A stretch of DNA of 52,563 bases, from positions 1-52,563 of the IMG/VR virus record IMGVR_UViG_3300030098_003463. One strand, written 5' to 3'. Positions 1 through 9,633 of this stretch are shown here, one piece after another. Positions within the stretch are counted from its first letter, which is position 1. Each line of letters opens with the position of its first letter. Made by a program: the position numbers and the translations under genes. The notes beneath the pieces were generated by a model that made no database searches, was not told the DNA's origin, and saw only the letters and a list, made by a program, of their open reading frames with translations. The DNA comes from a virus. Taxonomy: Duplodnaviria; Caudoviricetes.

Positions 1-700
1 TCAGTGTTATTGTGTGCCGTTGATCCGATCAACACAATTGCATCTGACGTGCTGTATGTGTGCGGATCACCACCACCAATCCCTAATCCAACATCTCCAG
101 AGGATTCTGAAAAAGTAAGATTTGCTTCACCATTAAGCGTACCGCTGCCCGTTGCAGTTGCTATGCGATTGTCAGCGTCGTTAGCCAACAATGTTGTGCC
201 ACCGATTGTTAAAGCATCAGTTTCAAGTGTGCCGTCGATGTCTACATCGCCGCTGAAGTCGCCTGTGGCGGCGTCAAGTTCTCCTGAAAGTGTGAGATTA
301 GCAAACCCCGTGGCGTTATTAGAGTCGTCTATCGTGACGCCGCTGTTTTGCGCTGTTTTGCCGCCTGTGCCGTTGTATCGCACAATAGCATTATCAGTGC
401 TACTGGCAGGACCGCTGAAGTCGCCGCTACTAGCTGCCGCAGCCCAACTAATATCTGTGCCGTCAGACGTAAGGACCGTATTAGCCCCACCTTTTGTTAA
501 AACAGCAGTAGCACCACTAGCGTTGCCGTAAAGAATAGAACCACGACTAAGAGCATCTAAAAGGTTAATTTCTGCTGCAGTAGAAGATACGGCAGTAGAC
601 CCCAATGTCAGTTGTCCATCAGGAACAATAAGACCTGCACTGCCATTAAGAATCAAGTCGTCTGCTGAAGTATCCCATGTCATATTTGCAGATGCAGTGT
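1..700. repeat. Imperfect end-overlap with 52095-52563
   Basis: 1-74 is identical to 52095-52168. 441-700 matches 52304-52563 with mostly third-position changes (640-700 identical). The intervening segments differ. Confidence 0.95.
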
Positions 701-2045
701 CACCGTATAGTATTACATCGTGACCTGCATCATTAGCACCCACTGTGACTGTGTTAGTAAACGTCTTAGCTCCAGTAAAAGTTTGAGTACCAGTAAGGTG
801 TGCTGTGTCAGAATCAAGATATGCAGAAGCAATTGCGGTTCCCTGCCATGTCCCTGTTCCTATAGTTCCAACAGTGGTTATAGAAGAACTTCCTGCTATG
901 GGAGAATACAATGAACCCAAAGCTGTTCCATCTAAAGTAATTGCGTCTGCTTCTAATGTTCCATCAATATCTGCATCGCCTGAAATGTCAAGCGTTGCCG
1001 CATCTAATTCGCCTGTTAAAGTAATGTTTCTAAAAGAACCAATGTCTTTACTCGCATCTACTACAACACCTTTGCTAGCCGCTACTGTGCCAGCAGTAAC
1101 ACCGTCTAATACGTTAAGTTCAGCGGCTGTAGCAGTTAAAGCTGTAGACCCTAAAGTTAACGATCCATCTGCTATGGTAACAGTAGAATCAAACTTGGCA
1201 ACACCATCATCAACCCATAAAGCATAATTGCTTCCACCTTCTGTTGGCGCATTTTTTATGTAAAGAGTTGCCGCATTAGTTACGGTTCCCGTTGCTGTAA
1301 TATTAGGTTCTTCAATAGCAACGCTAGCAACCAGAGCAGTAGTTCCAGAAGGAATTGTTTGCGCCCCACCTGCGGCTACATGTAAGGCGTAGGTGTCGTT
1401 GGTTGCAGTATGAGAAGCAGCAGGAGGACTTATTGTAACAAACTTATCATCTGCTCCAGCAGCACCAAAAGCAAAAGTGTCTAATCCAGCATCTGCAACA
1501 AATCCATTTGCAATATTATTTGTTTCTATACGAAAGTCTATATCAGCAGATCCATCGTTAAACACAACTCTACCTGCTCCATCTGCTGGAGTTCCTGCTA
1601 CCATAAACTCAGCAACAGACCCTGCAATTAAAGCTTTGAGTTTTATTTCTGAATCTTCATCTCCATTATCGGTGTCGGTCATAATTACTTCTAATTCACC
1701 GATTGTTGCTACGTTTCCCTCATCGTCATCTGCATTAAATAAAAGCTCTACTCCATCTCCATCAGTTGCAGTTCCAGAAGCAGGGTCAATAGAAAAAACA
1801 GCAGCAGTTCGCACTCCCCCTGCAGCAGCAGATGTATTTTCAAAGGTTTTTAAGCCCGTTATTGTTTGAGCTTGTCCCATAACTACTATACCATCAGAGT
1901 TGGTATAGTCTACGTTGTTTTCATCAATATTATTGCCTTCTACGAAAGTGCGTAGATTGGTTATCCATCCATTAAGAGGTGCGGCAATAATGTCGCCGCC
2001 AGCAACTGGAAGCGTAGATGTTGTTGGAACAGTTACAGTAGCCAT
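1..2045 (-). CDS. Tail fibre protein, N-terminal part (runs off left edge; continues at right end of window)
   Basis: ATG at 2045 (MATVTVPTTSTLPVAGGDIIAAPLNGW...). Gly/Ser/Thr/Ala/Asp-rich fibre repeats. In frame with the MTWDTSADD segment (683) that recurs at 52546. Missed by the ORF track because it has no stop in the window. Confidence 0.85.
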   Translation of the reverse strand, partial: MATVTVPTTSTLPVAGGDIIAAPLNGWITNLRTFVEGNNIDENNVDYTNSDGIVVMGQAQTITGLKTFENTSAAAGGVRTAAVFSIDPASGTATDGDGVELLFNADDDEGNVATIGELEVIMTDTDNGDEDSEIKLKALIAGSVAEFMVAGTPADGAGRVVFNDGSADIDFRIETNNIANGFVADAGLDTFAFGAAGADDKFVTISPPAASHTATNDTYALHVAAGGAQTIPSGTTALVASVAIEEPNITATGTVTNAATLYIKNAPTEGGSNYALWVDDGVAKFDSTVTIADGSLTLGSTALTATAAELNVLDGVTAGTVAASKGVVVDASKDIGSFRNITLTGELDAATLDISGDADIDGTLEADAITLDGTALGSLYSPIAGSSSITTVGTIGTGTWQGTAIASAYLDSDTAHLTGTQTFTGAKTFTNTVTVGANDAGHDVILYGDTASANMTWDTSADDLILNGSAGLIVPDGQLTLGSTAVSSTAAEINLLDALSRGSILYGNASGATAVLTKGGANTVLTSDGTDISWAAAASSGDFSGPASSTDNAIVRYNGTGGKTAQNSGVTIDDSNNATGFANLTLSGELDAATGDFSGDVDIDGTLETDALTIGGTTLLANDADNRIATATGSGTLNGEANLTFSESSGDVGLGIGGGDPHTYSTSDAIVLIGSTAHNNT

Positions 2046-2053
2046 ATGTATCC

Positions 2054-3634
2054 TTATGCTGCCGTGTTAGCGGTTGTATCGTCTACGGTATACCAAATTT
2101 GATAGCCAACCAAGCTTACAGTTGAAGATCCAGTTATTCTAAAACCAGCGGTTAACGCTGTCCTGTTGCATCCCCACATTTTTCTGTCATTGCCTCCACC
2201 GGGATAACGCAATGCAGTGTCGTATTGATGCCCTTCATCGTATTGTAAATCAGTTCCAAGCTCCATTAGTTTTGTTCTTGAACCACGTATGCCTTCATCT
2301 CGTATAAGTTGCAGCGTAATAGACTGCGGTCCATCCCCTACATCTCTATAAAACAAAACTACATTGTGTATAGTTTTTTCTACACCGGGAAATCCTAAAT
2401 CATTAGGGGCAGTTTCTATTTCCCATTGAATAGCAGTGCCGTCATCGTCTGTGCCTGTATTTGATTTGTACATAAAACCACTACTGTGACCACCCAATAG
2501 ATCATATTCTATTCCACTGTCAAAAAAATGACTAATATAATTTATTTTTGTTGTTTCGTGTTTGTCTATAGAAATATCCCCGTTCTCCCAATCCCATGAT
2601 AAAATTAAATCATGCCCTGTAGTATTGCCAGTCGAAGACATTAACACACGAACTTGATGTTCTTTTTCTCTAATAGAAGAAACAGAATACTGAAGACGGT
2701 CCATATTAAACGTATCTTGAAAATCTATGTTTTTAGTAACAATAGAAAATTTTCCATCTGGAGTTACTACATACGCACCTTCTCTGGCAATGCCAAAAAG
2801 AAACTCAGGTCTTGCAACCATAGATGTTTTAGATACTGGATGAAACCCTTTTAAATTTCCTACTTCTTCATCTGGAACATATTCAATAAGCCCAGAATTG
2901 TATACTAATCTGCCGGGGTAAATTCCATCTGCTTTGGCTATCCACAATTTTCCCCAATTATCTATTCCTCCAATTATAGGCGCACTATTTTCTCCACCAA
3001 TTTCATACCGATTATTTGATGGATAACGGGAAATGTCGCCTGTAAAATCTTTTGTGTTTACATCAGACCAAAGGATGCGCGTAAGTTTTTTGTTTGATGA
3101 AATTGTTGGCACCAAAACAACTAAAGCATTGCTATGTTCTACAAGCTGTTCTGCTGCAGTAAACAAAGTTGAGTCTGAAGCAAAAGTAAAAGCCGCAGCG
3201 TTTCCTGTGCCAGTATACTTAAAACAATTGTCTTTCCCGTTAGTGCCAACTATAGTGTCTTGAACAAAATCTAATGTAAAATACTCATTGTCATTTCCTG
3301 TCAAAGAAACGCTGCCTGTTATATCAGATCTAGTAGTTCCATCATCTGTATATATTTTGTCAGGAGTGCAAAACAATCTTTTTGTTCCATGTGTTGCAAA
3401 AGTGTTTTCCGTAAACCCCATTACTGGCTCAGATGATGGAATTATAGTCGTGTTGTATTTTTCGTATCCATTTCTAGACGTAGCTAAGTTCTTTTCTGAA
3501 AAGTTAATATTAGAAACAACAATACAATTTTCTGGAGAAAGCTCTGGATGCGGATAAACCAACCGATCTTTAAGTCCTCGCAATCTATAAATAGGACTTT
3601 TTTCTAAAGAAGTTTTACTAAGAGGTTGAGCCAT
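2054..3634 (-). CDS. Tail hub/nozzle (head-closure, P22 gp10 / T7 gp12-like beta-propeller) protein
   Basis: 526 aa, beta-rich, between adaptor-like gene and tail fibre. 'RILWSD' and C-terminal 'EKTIHNVVLFY' segments are typical of podovirus stabilisation proteins. Confidence 0.65.
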   Translation of the reverse strand: MAQPLSKTSLEKSPIYRLRGLKDRLVYPHPELSPENCIVVSNINFSEKNLATSRNGYEKYNTTIIPSSEPVMGFTENTFATHGTKRLFCTPDKIYTDDGTTRSDITGSVSLTGNDNEYFTLDFVQDTIVGTNGKDNCFKYTGTGNAAAFTFASDSTLFTAAEQLVEHSNALVVLVPTISSNKKLTRILWSDVNTKDFTGDISRYPSNNRYEIGGENSAPIIGGIDNWGKLWIAKADGIYPGRLVYNSGLIEYVPDEEVGNLKGFHPVSKTSMVARPEFLFGIAREGAYVVTPDGKFSIVTKNIDFQDTFNMDRLQYSVSSIREKEHQVRVLMSSTGNTTGHDLILSWDWENGDISIDKHETTKINYISHFFDSGIEYDLLGGHSSGFMYKSNTGTDDDGTAIQWEIETAPNDLGFPGVEKTIHNVVLFYRDVGDGPQSITLQLIRDEGIRGSRTKLMELGTDLQYDEGHQYDTALRYPGGGNDRKMWGCNRTALTAGFRITGSSTVSLVGYQIWYTVDDTTANTAA

Positions 3635-4629
3635 TAAGTATTACTCGCATTAGGAATTTTTTCATGCGTACCGCGAGAAATATATCTGTTAGACACATTT
3701 TTAAATTGCCTTGAGCGCACTCCTTTGTGTTGCTTTCTTCCTAAATACGCTTCTTTTCTTAACAAATATTTTTGTCGCGCTGCTGCAGACGCAGACTCTT
3801 TGCCTTTTCCAGCCAACAAAATTGATTCTGGACCAAGCACTAATAAATCGTGATACTCTTCTGGTATTTCAGGCCAATCATCATCATTAATAAGCGGTGG
3901 TTTTTTAGCTAAACATCTTATAACATACGTCATTGCCGTATCGGGAATGTAATCAAACTCCCACCATTGATAAGAAGGCGACTTGCCATAGTAAGGTGGA
4001 ATTACGGCTAACGTATTGTCAGATACATCTTTAACTGTTACGTATCCAGAGAACTCAGCACTACTAGCATTAGAAAGAACAAGTCTTCGTATGCCTATAC
4101 CATTAGACCCTGCATCAAAACTGTTAGAAGACTCAACTTCAGTTGTTCCATTTATTTCAATTGACTCTCTGGTATCTACGCCAGAAGACATCCCGTTAAC
4201 AATAATATTAAAATTACCACCAGAAACATCAGAGGTGGACGATGAAACTACTGATATTTTTCCCGTTGTCACTGGTTGTTTTTGCACTCCATACTCACCA
4301 AACCAATACGCAGTAAGTGGAGTACCTGACTCTGAAAGGCCAGCGCGATTACGGTCAAATTCGTGTGGTCCCCTTAAAGGAATAGACCTATCGTTTGTGT
4401 CGTCTTCAATATTTAACAATTGAGATACATATATAGGCATTCCATACTTAGAAATACCAGAAACAGTGGTAAGAGTAAACTCTCGCCTTTCTAAATCACT
4501 GTCTCCTTCTGCGAGAATTTCTTTGTATGTAAAATTAATTTCGCGCTTTGCCATCATTTGAAAATCATCGCCATCTTCTTCAGAAGCGATTAAATTCAAA
4601 TGAGTATATAAGTCTTTAAATGTAGGCAT
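3634..4629 (-). CDS. Head-tail adaptor (gatekeeper)-like protein
   Basis: MPTFKDL...INFTYKEI N-terminus and 'DDDWPEIPEEYHDLLV' C-terminal motif are typical of phage adaptor proteins; synteny. Confidence 0.65.
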   Translation of the reverse strand: MPTFKDLYTHLNLIASEEDGDDFQMMAKREINFTYKEILAEGDSDLERREFTLTTVSGISKYGMPIYVSQLLNIEDDTNDRSIPLRGPHEFDRNRAGLSESGTPLTAYWFGEYGVQKQPVTTGKISVVSSSTSDVSGGNFNIIVNGMSSGVDTRESIEINGTTEVESSNSFDAGSNGIGIRRLVLSNASSAEFSGYVTVKDVSDNTLAVIPPYYGKSPSYQWWEFDYIPDTAMTYVIRCLAKKPPLINDDDWPEIPEEYHDLLVLGPESILLAGKGKESASAAARQKYLLRKEAYLGRKQHKGVRSRQFKNVSNRYISRGTHEKIPNASNT

Positions 4630-4636
4630 TCGGCAA

Positions 4637-5488
4637 TTACTTTTTCTTAGATTTAATGCTGCCTTTAGAGTCTTTTGATTCTATTTCTTTAATAGCCTTT
4701 TCTTCTTGCGCTAACATTATTTTTTCTTCAGCTAATTCCGCTTCAGTCATTGGCTCTGGAATATCTGGAGCATCCATATCAATCCAAGCCTTCATTTGCT
4801 CTGGCGTATTGCTTTTTAACATTTCTTGCATAACAGACTGAGCATCTACCATGTTGCCATTGTTGATAGCAACTTTTGATGGATCATTTGAAACTACGCC
4901 TGTTTCATCTAAACGATTCATTAGCTTCCCAAAAAATTGCTCCATAGAACTGAACATTTCAGCTTGTTCCATGTTCTTTTGCCGCTCATACGTTTCTGCA
5001 AGCTTACGCCTTGCTTCTGGACCATTGGTTAATTTTACCCATCCAAGCCTGAAACACCACTCCGTGTAACGTGGAAGTTGAAGCTCCATTGTTTCTTCTA
5101 GCATTTCTGCTTCTTCTTCTTTAATAACCCTGCCATTAGCCATGTCAATAGCAACAGTAGACTCAGCGGTTCCAACAAAGTGCATAATTAATCCATCGTC
5201 TTCAGAAACGCCAACAACATCATCATCTAACAAACGCTCTTCCATTCCTAATATAGCTACTTTAGGATGAGCAACTACAGTAGTTTCCCACTCTTTATGG
5301 GAAGTATCAGACAAGTCTGGAGACTGTGCTTCATATTTACGATAAACTATTTTTGACTTATCTGACTTTGACAAAGGGAGGACAACGCCATCGTCCAAGC
5401 TTGAACGACCAGCGCGAACATCTTCCTCTATTTTTTTGGTCAACGTATTGTCAATGCTAACAATGGGCTTAGATGAGGGACTCAGCAT
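4637..5488 (-). CDS. Hypothetical acidic protein
   Basis: 283-aa ORF with AAGGAG RBS, in the late operon. Confidence 0.7.
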   Translation of the reverse strand: MLSPSSKPIVSIDNTLTKKIEEDVRAGRSSLDDGVVLPLSKSDKSKIVYRKYEAQSPDLSDTSHKEWETTVVAHPKVAILGMEERLLDDDVVGVSEDDGLIMHFVGTAESTVAIDMANGRVIKEEEAEMLEETMELQLPRYTEWCFRLGWVKLTNGPEARRKLAETYERQKNMEQAEMFSSMEQFFGKLMNRLDETGVVSNDPSKVAINNGNMVDAQSVMQEMLKSNTPEQMKAWIDMDAPDIPEPMTEAELAEEKIMLAQEEKAIKEIESKDSKGSIKSKKK

Positions 5489-5499
5489 GATACGCTCCT

Positions 5500-5802
5500 T
5501 TAATTTCCGCTAATGGTTATTTGGCAATCTGCACTGGAAGATGCAATTGCACCTTCTGCTTTGTTGCCCATTCTACATGCTAAACTTAATCCAGAAAAAT
5601 GGAATGATGTTCCTTCTACGCTAACGTCAATTTTGCTTTCCCATACAATAGCCGTTCCATCTTTTACGGTTATTATAGAGTCAGTATCTACATGTCCAGA
5701 CACAGCAGTAACAACGTAAAACCTGTTTTCTTCTGCTGCTTTAGTTGCAGTAGCACCTGAATCTGTACCTGATTTTGTCACGCTCCAAAATGAATCCATC
5801 AT
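5500..5802 (-). CDS. Small beta-rich virion structural protein (putative)
   Basis: 100 aa, GGAG RBS, Ser/Thr/Gly-rich. Confidence 0.55.
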   Translation of the reverse strand: MMDSFWSVTKSGTDSGATATKAAEENRFYVVTAVSGHVDTDSIITVKDGTAIVWESKIDVSVEGTSFHFSGLSLACRMGNKAEGAIASSSADCQITISGN

Positions 5803-5828
5803 AATCTCCGTTAAAATACTGCAATTAT

Positions 5829-5892
5829 AAAAAGAGGTGGACCAATAAGACCCTCAAGGAAAGAGTTAAGCCCAAACTTATCAGCCCACCCC
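5829..5892 (-). terminator. Terminator-like hairpin with large anti-RBS loop
   Basis: 16-bp stem with G-U pairs on the minus strand (5877-5892 / 5834-5849), 27-nt loop, U5 tail. Confidence 0.7.
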
Positions 5893-5896
5893 AACT

Positions 5897-6841
5897 TTAT
5901 GCTGCCACATTAAAATCATCTAAAATACGTTGCATCCGTTTGTGATACGTATGGCCTGATCTAACTTTTTCATGCCCAGATTGAGCTATCTTTTCTCGCT
6001 CTATAGGATTATCCAAATAATATTGGCTCTTGTTAACAAGATCCTCTTTGGTTTCGTATCCTATAAAATGAGTTCCATCTTCAAATCCAAGATCGTCAAT
6101 GCCTTCTACGTTTGTATTAGTAAGAAGACAAGTTCCAGTAGACAAGATTTCAAAAAATCGCATGTTTAAATCATTGCGAATGCTAATATTAAAACCTAAT
6201 CTTCCTCTAATAATTCGCACTGCCATGTCTTCAAAAAAACACTGCCACGCTAACCAAGAATTTGGAAAGTGCTTAAAAGCATAGTCTAACCAATCAATTC
6301 TATTATTAGATTCGTTAGTGCCATCTCCTTCATTAAGAAAACCAACAAACGACAAGTCGTATTGTTTGTCTAAGCCTTTTCCCCAAGTATGATTGTCTTT
6401 GTTTTTGTGCGCCATCATTTCAGAAAGATTAGGATGTGCCATTGGATTGCAAGCTAATGGCAACCAATAAACATTTTTAATCCCATCTTTTTTCATTTTT
6501 ACTACGCCTTCTTTTTGAGCGCAGTAAACTTTATCAAATTGCCGCGCTTTCCACAGCCTGTAATCATACCCCAAATGAGTGTCTATTGCCCAATATGCAG
6601 AAGGACCGGGACATTCCCAAGTTAAATCATCTCTGCCGTCATCTACATAAATATACAACTCTTTTTCAGGAAGCTTACCTTCAGGTCGCCACCTGTCTAC
6701 TTTATTACCCCAATTTAATTGATGTTTGACTGAATTAAAAGCTAAAGTAGCAGTGCCGTTATTGCGAATGTCGCTATTATAAACAAAAGAAATTCTTGAG
6801 TCGCTCACGACAACACCTCTTTTGTTTTTAATGTTCGACAT
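5897..6841 (-). CDS. Glycosyltransferase, GT-B (CgeB/YkvP-like)
   Basis: 'WLPLACNP', 'YDLSFVG', 'LNMRFFEILSTGTCLLT' and 'EREKIAQSGHEKVRSGHTYHKRM' motifs. Confidence 0.85.
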   Translation of the reverse strand: MSNIKNKRGVVVSDSRISFVYNSDIRNNGTATLAFNSVKHQLNWGNKVDRWRPEGKLPEKELYIYVDDGRDDLTWECPGPSAYWAIDTHLGYDYRLWKARQFDKVYCAQKEGVVKMKKDGIKNVYWLPLACNPMAHPNLSEMMAHKNKDNHTWGKGLDKQYDLSFVGFLNEGDGTNESNNRIDWLDYAFKHFPNSWLAWQCFFEDMAVRIIRGRLGFNISIRNDLNMRFFEILSTGTCLLTNTNVEGIDDLGFEDGTHFIGYETKEDLVNKSQYYLDNPIEREKIAQSGHEKVRSGHTYHKRMQRILDDFNVAA

Positions 6842-8082
6842 TTAAGTGCAATGGTTCCGTGTATGTTTTCAATTAATTCTTCTACCCAAAAATCTTGCGA
6901 CTCCAACAAGGCTCTGGCTGAATCTGGCGTATAAGCATGGACATGAGTGTAGTCTATAAGCATTGTAGGCAAATACTCATGGTTTGGCATGGTTAACAAC
7001 AGCGTTCCAGAGGGACGCAATACTCGTTTCCACTCTGTTAGAGCTTTATATGGATCAACTAAATGCTCTAAAAGATGCGGTGCCATTATGTAGTCAATAC
7101 TATTGTTTTGAACAGGCAAATCGGAAGCATCGGCAGTAGTGTTTGGGTCTGCTTCTTCGTATTTGCGTCCTCCAGCCCCCCTCTCGCCAGTTTTAGCGCA
7201 ATCAATACCTATAGCCTCGTACGCACCTCCTTTATGACCACAGCCCAAATTAAGCCCTTTCTTGCCTTCAAGAGACTCAAGATGACTATCTAACCATTCT
7301 TCTTCCTGTAGTCCGCTGTCAATACGCTTAGTGCCAGATCCATAAGGTTGCCATCCCATCTGGAAACACCGATACCATTTTTTAACACCATGCTTGCGTA
7401 TAATGGCATTGTTGGTGGCTTCTTGATGTTGTTTTGAATCCCAATAGTTTTTATGAACTCTTTGTCCTGTTTGTTGTCCTATGTGATGCAAGTAAGCAGA
7501 CCTGTCTGCAATTAAAACAAAACCTTCCTCTTGCATTCTAATGGACGAATCTAAATCATCGCCACCCGGCAACGATTCATCTAAGCCACCAATTTTTTTA
7601 AGCAATTCTGTGCGAACAACCATACAAAAACCAATAAGTAAACTTGTTTCTAATTCAACTGGAAGGTTAATATTAAACAAGTTTTGGTTGCCAGAAACAA
7701 AATTTGAACATGGACCAACTGCTCCTACCTCTGGCCTATTGAAATGACGAATTAATGTGCGCCAAAACTCATTAGACTTTGGTGGAAACACAACGTCATC
7801 ATTCATCATGCAAAAATAAGGCGTGTTGGTTTTGAATAGGCCAATATTAATTGCGCCCATCCACTTCATATTGCTTCCCGGCTGAATAACTTCAATGTTG
7901 TCTACTTCAATAGATTTTACTAAAGAGCAAATATTGTCTTGCGACTCTATGCTTGGATCATTGTTAATGATCATTATGCTAAGTGGGTATTCTGTATTTG
8001 CCACAAGAGAATAAAGACACCATTGCAACTGCTGGTAATTTTGATACGTAGGAATACAGACTGTAAGAAGTGGGCTAGTCAT
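6805..8082 (-). CDS. GT2-family glycosyltransferase fused to a SAM-dependent methyltransferase
   Basis: N-terminal 'VCIPTY..NDDV..GFCMVVR..IGGLDE..DDLD'. C-terminal 'LNLGCG..DASDLP..HLLEHL..EWKRVLRPSG'. Confidence 0.88.
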   Translation of the reverse strand: MTSPLLTVCIPTYQNYQQLQWCLYSLVANTEYPLSIMIINNDPSIESQDNICSLVKSIEVDNIEVIQPGSNMKWMGAINIGLFKTNTPYFCMMNDDVVFPPKSNEFWRTLIRHFNRPEVGAVGPCSNFVSGNQNLFNINLPVELETSLLIGFCMVVRTELLKKIGGLDESLPGGDDLDSSIRMQEEGFVLIADRSAYLHHIGQQTGQRVHKNYWDSKQHQEATNNAIIRKHGVKKWYRCFQMGWQPYGSGTKRIDSGLQEEEWLDSHLESLEGKKGLNLGCGHKGGAYEAIGIDCAKTGERGAGGRKYEEADPNTTADASDLPVQNNSIDYIMAPHLLEHLVDPYKALTEWKRVLRPSGTLLLTMPNHEYLPTMLIDYTHVHAYTPDSARALLESQDFWVEELIENIHGTIALKCRTLKTKEVLS

Positions 8083-8927
8083 GCGATTGCCTCCTTCTTT
8101 AGTCCATTATCTATTAAGTTTTCAAATACGTGAGGATTTAACTCTTTAAATGCCTCGTAGTATTCTTCGCTAATCCAGTCTTCTCCCCATTTTTTGTGGC
8201 GAGTTTTTGTTGAAGTATCAACGTATCGTTGAATGCCATATTGATGGCACTTAGTGCAAAAGAAAAAGTCTTCTCCTGCTCCAGTTGATTCAAACCAAGG
8301 CTGTGGCATTTGGCGAAATACATTCATATCGCACATAAAAACGCCAGTGCCAAATGCTAACGAACCTTCTACGTCAGCATTAGTAATTAGTTTGTCTTTT
8401 GGATAGTCTAAGACAAACTCACTGCTCATCATTGGTTTCCCAGACGTAGAATCTACAGATTCTTTGATCGTCATTATTACAGGATTGTATGGTTCTCTAG
8501 CCGTAAATGCTAATGCCGCTACTACAGGAACTTGGTGTCGCCACAATCTAAGAAACAAGCTGTGATCAAACATCATATCGTCATCCCACATTAAGCAGTA
8601 GTCAGCGTTCCATGCTAATGACGATTCAATAATCATTTCTCTCGCTTTTCCCGGCAACGAACAACGAGTGTAATCTAAAAGTCCAAGCTCTAAAATTCCA
8701 AGATTGTCCAAATCTTCTTTGGTTGGCTCTGCGCCCAACTCTTCTGGACTATCAGGCGACAGCTTGGGCAAATCGTAGGTTAGCATTTGTTCACCTACGG
8801 CATTGTACATAATCGTTCTTTGCCGCAATTCGCCCAAGTAAGTCATAAAGTCCATAAATCGTGCAAAGCAAGCTGTGTCTGGGCCGTTATACCAAGGCAT
8901 ACCTATAACTAGTCTCATTTTATCCAC
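8079..8927 (-). CDS. GT-A fold glycosyltransferase-like protein
   Basis: 'DYCLMWDDDM' DxD motif, 'GTGVFMCD', 'PWF...GEDFFFC'. Confidence 0.75.
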   Translation of the reverse strand: MDKMRLVIGMPWYNGPDTACFARFMDFMTYLGELRQRTIMYNAVGEQMLTYDLPKLSPDSPEELGAEPTKEDLDNLGILELGLLDYTRCSLPGKAREMIIESSLAWNADYCLMWDDDMMFDHSLFLRLWRHQVPVVAALAFTAREPYNPVIMTIKESVDSTSGKPMMSSEFVLDYPKDKLITNADVEGSLAFGTGVFMCDMNVFRQMPQPWFESTGAGEDFFFCTKCHQYGIQRYVDTSTKTRHKKWGEDWISEEYYEAFKELNPHVFENLIDNGLKKEAIA

Positions 8928-9118
8928 CCCATTTTCATTTTAAAAAACTCCCACAGGGTGGCATTCATAGCCATAGTATGCTTGTGTCCAACGTGTTTTT
9001 GTTTCACCTCAGAAGGTGAATCGCTCCAGAACAACGCATTGCACTGGCAACGATACAACCTTCTGGATGAAACAATTGGATCGTGGGGCTTAAACCACGA
9101 TTTAAATTTACTAAACAT
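8915..9118 (-). CDS. Small Cys/His (possible Zn-binding) protein
   Basis: 67 aa, CxC...HxxH, strong AAGGAG RBS. Confidence 0.6.
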   Translation of the reverse strand: MFSKFKSWFKPHDPIVSSRRLYRCQCNALFWSDSPSEVKQKHVGHKHTMAMNATLWEFFKMKMGWIK

Positions 9119-9150
9119 AAAATCTCCTTGAGGGTTTTACTTGGACTTAT

Positions 9151-9621
9151 TTACAGCGCACGTAGAAAAACGTGGTCCGCATAGTTAATGCCACCCAAAG
9201 AGTGCAGGGTAGCAGTAACCGTGTCTAATGCTACAACTGGACCAAGTAGTCCTTGTGTTGCGCCTGTCGAGCCAAGACCCACAGACGCGCCTTGATTGCC
9301 CGGACCCAAAGGATGGCCGGGAATAACCGTTACCGAACCAACGATGCGGTAAATAAGAGCCGATTCATGGTATCCATAAACCTGAACTGCACCTACATCA
9401 TTGTTTGGAATATCTTCATACGACAAACCAATAAAACTGCCTTCGCCATTCAAGCAAGAATTGCTTTCCTGTGCAGCTTCGTTTGATCCAACCGAAGAAG
9501 TGTTCTTGTTGTTGGTCATCAGATACACTGGATAATGCGTAGTGATCGTCTTGCCATCAACATTTGTAATGTTCACCCAGACCTTTTCAGCGTCAGAGCG
9601 ATTAACCTGTTGAATTTGCAT
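9151..9621 (-). CDS. Capsid decoration/cement-like protein
   Basis: Gly-rich, 156 aa, two genes after the MCP; 'G.VQVYG' pattern. Confidence 0.55.
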   Translation of the reverse strand: MQIQQVNRSDAEKVWVNITNVDGKTITTHYPVYLMTNNKNTSSVGSNEAAQESNSCLNGEGSFIGLSYEDIPNNDVGAVQVYGYHESALIYRIVGSVTVIPGHPLGPGNQGASVGLGSTGATQGLLGPVVALDTVTATLHSLGGINYADHVFLRAL

Positions 9622-9633
9622 TTTTAGCCTCTC

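Noticed and set aside
1-700. True direct terminal repeat of the virion DNA
   Set aside because: The overlap is imperfect and lies mid-gene; an assembly bubble on a circular map explains it better.
4-1869. Plus-strand ORFs opposite the tail fibre (and similar antisense ORFs genome-wide)
   Set aside because: Shadow frames of real minus-strand genes.
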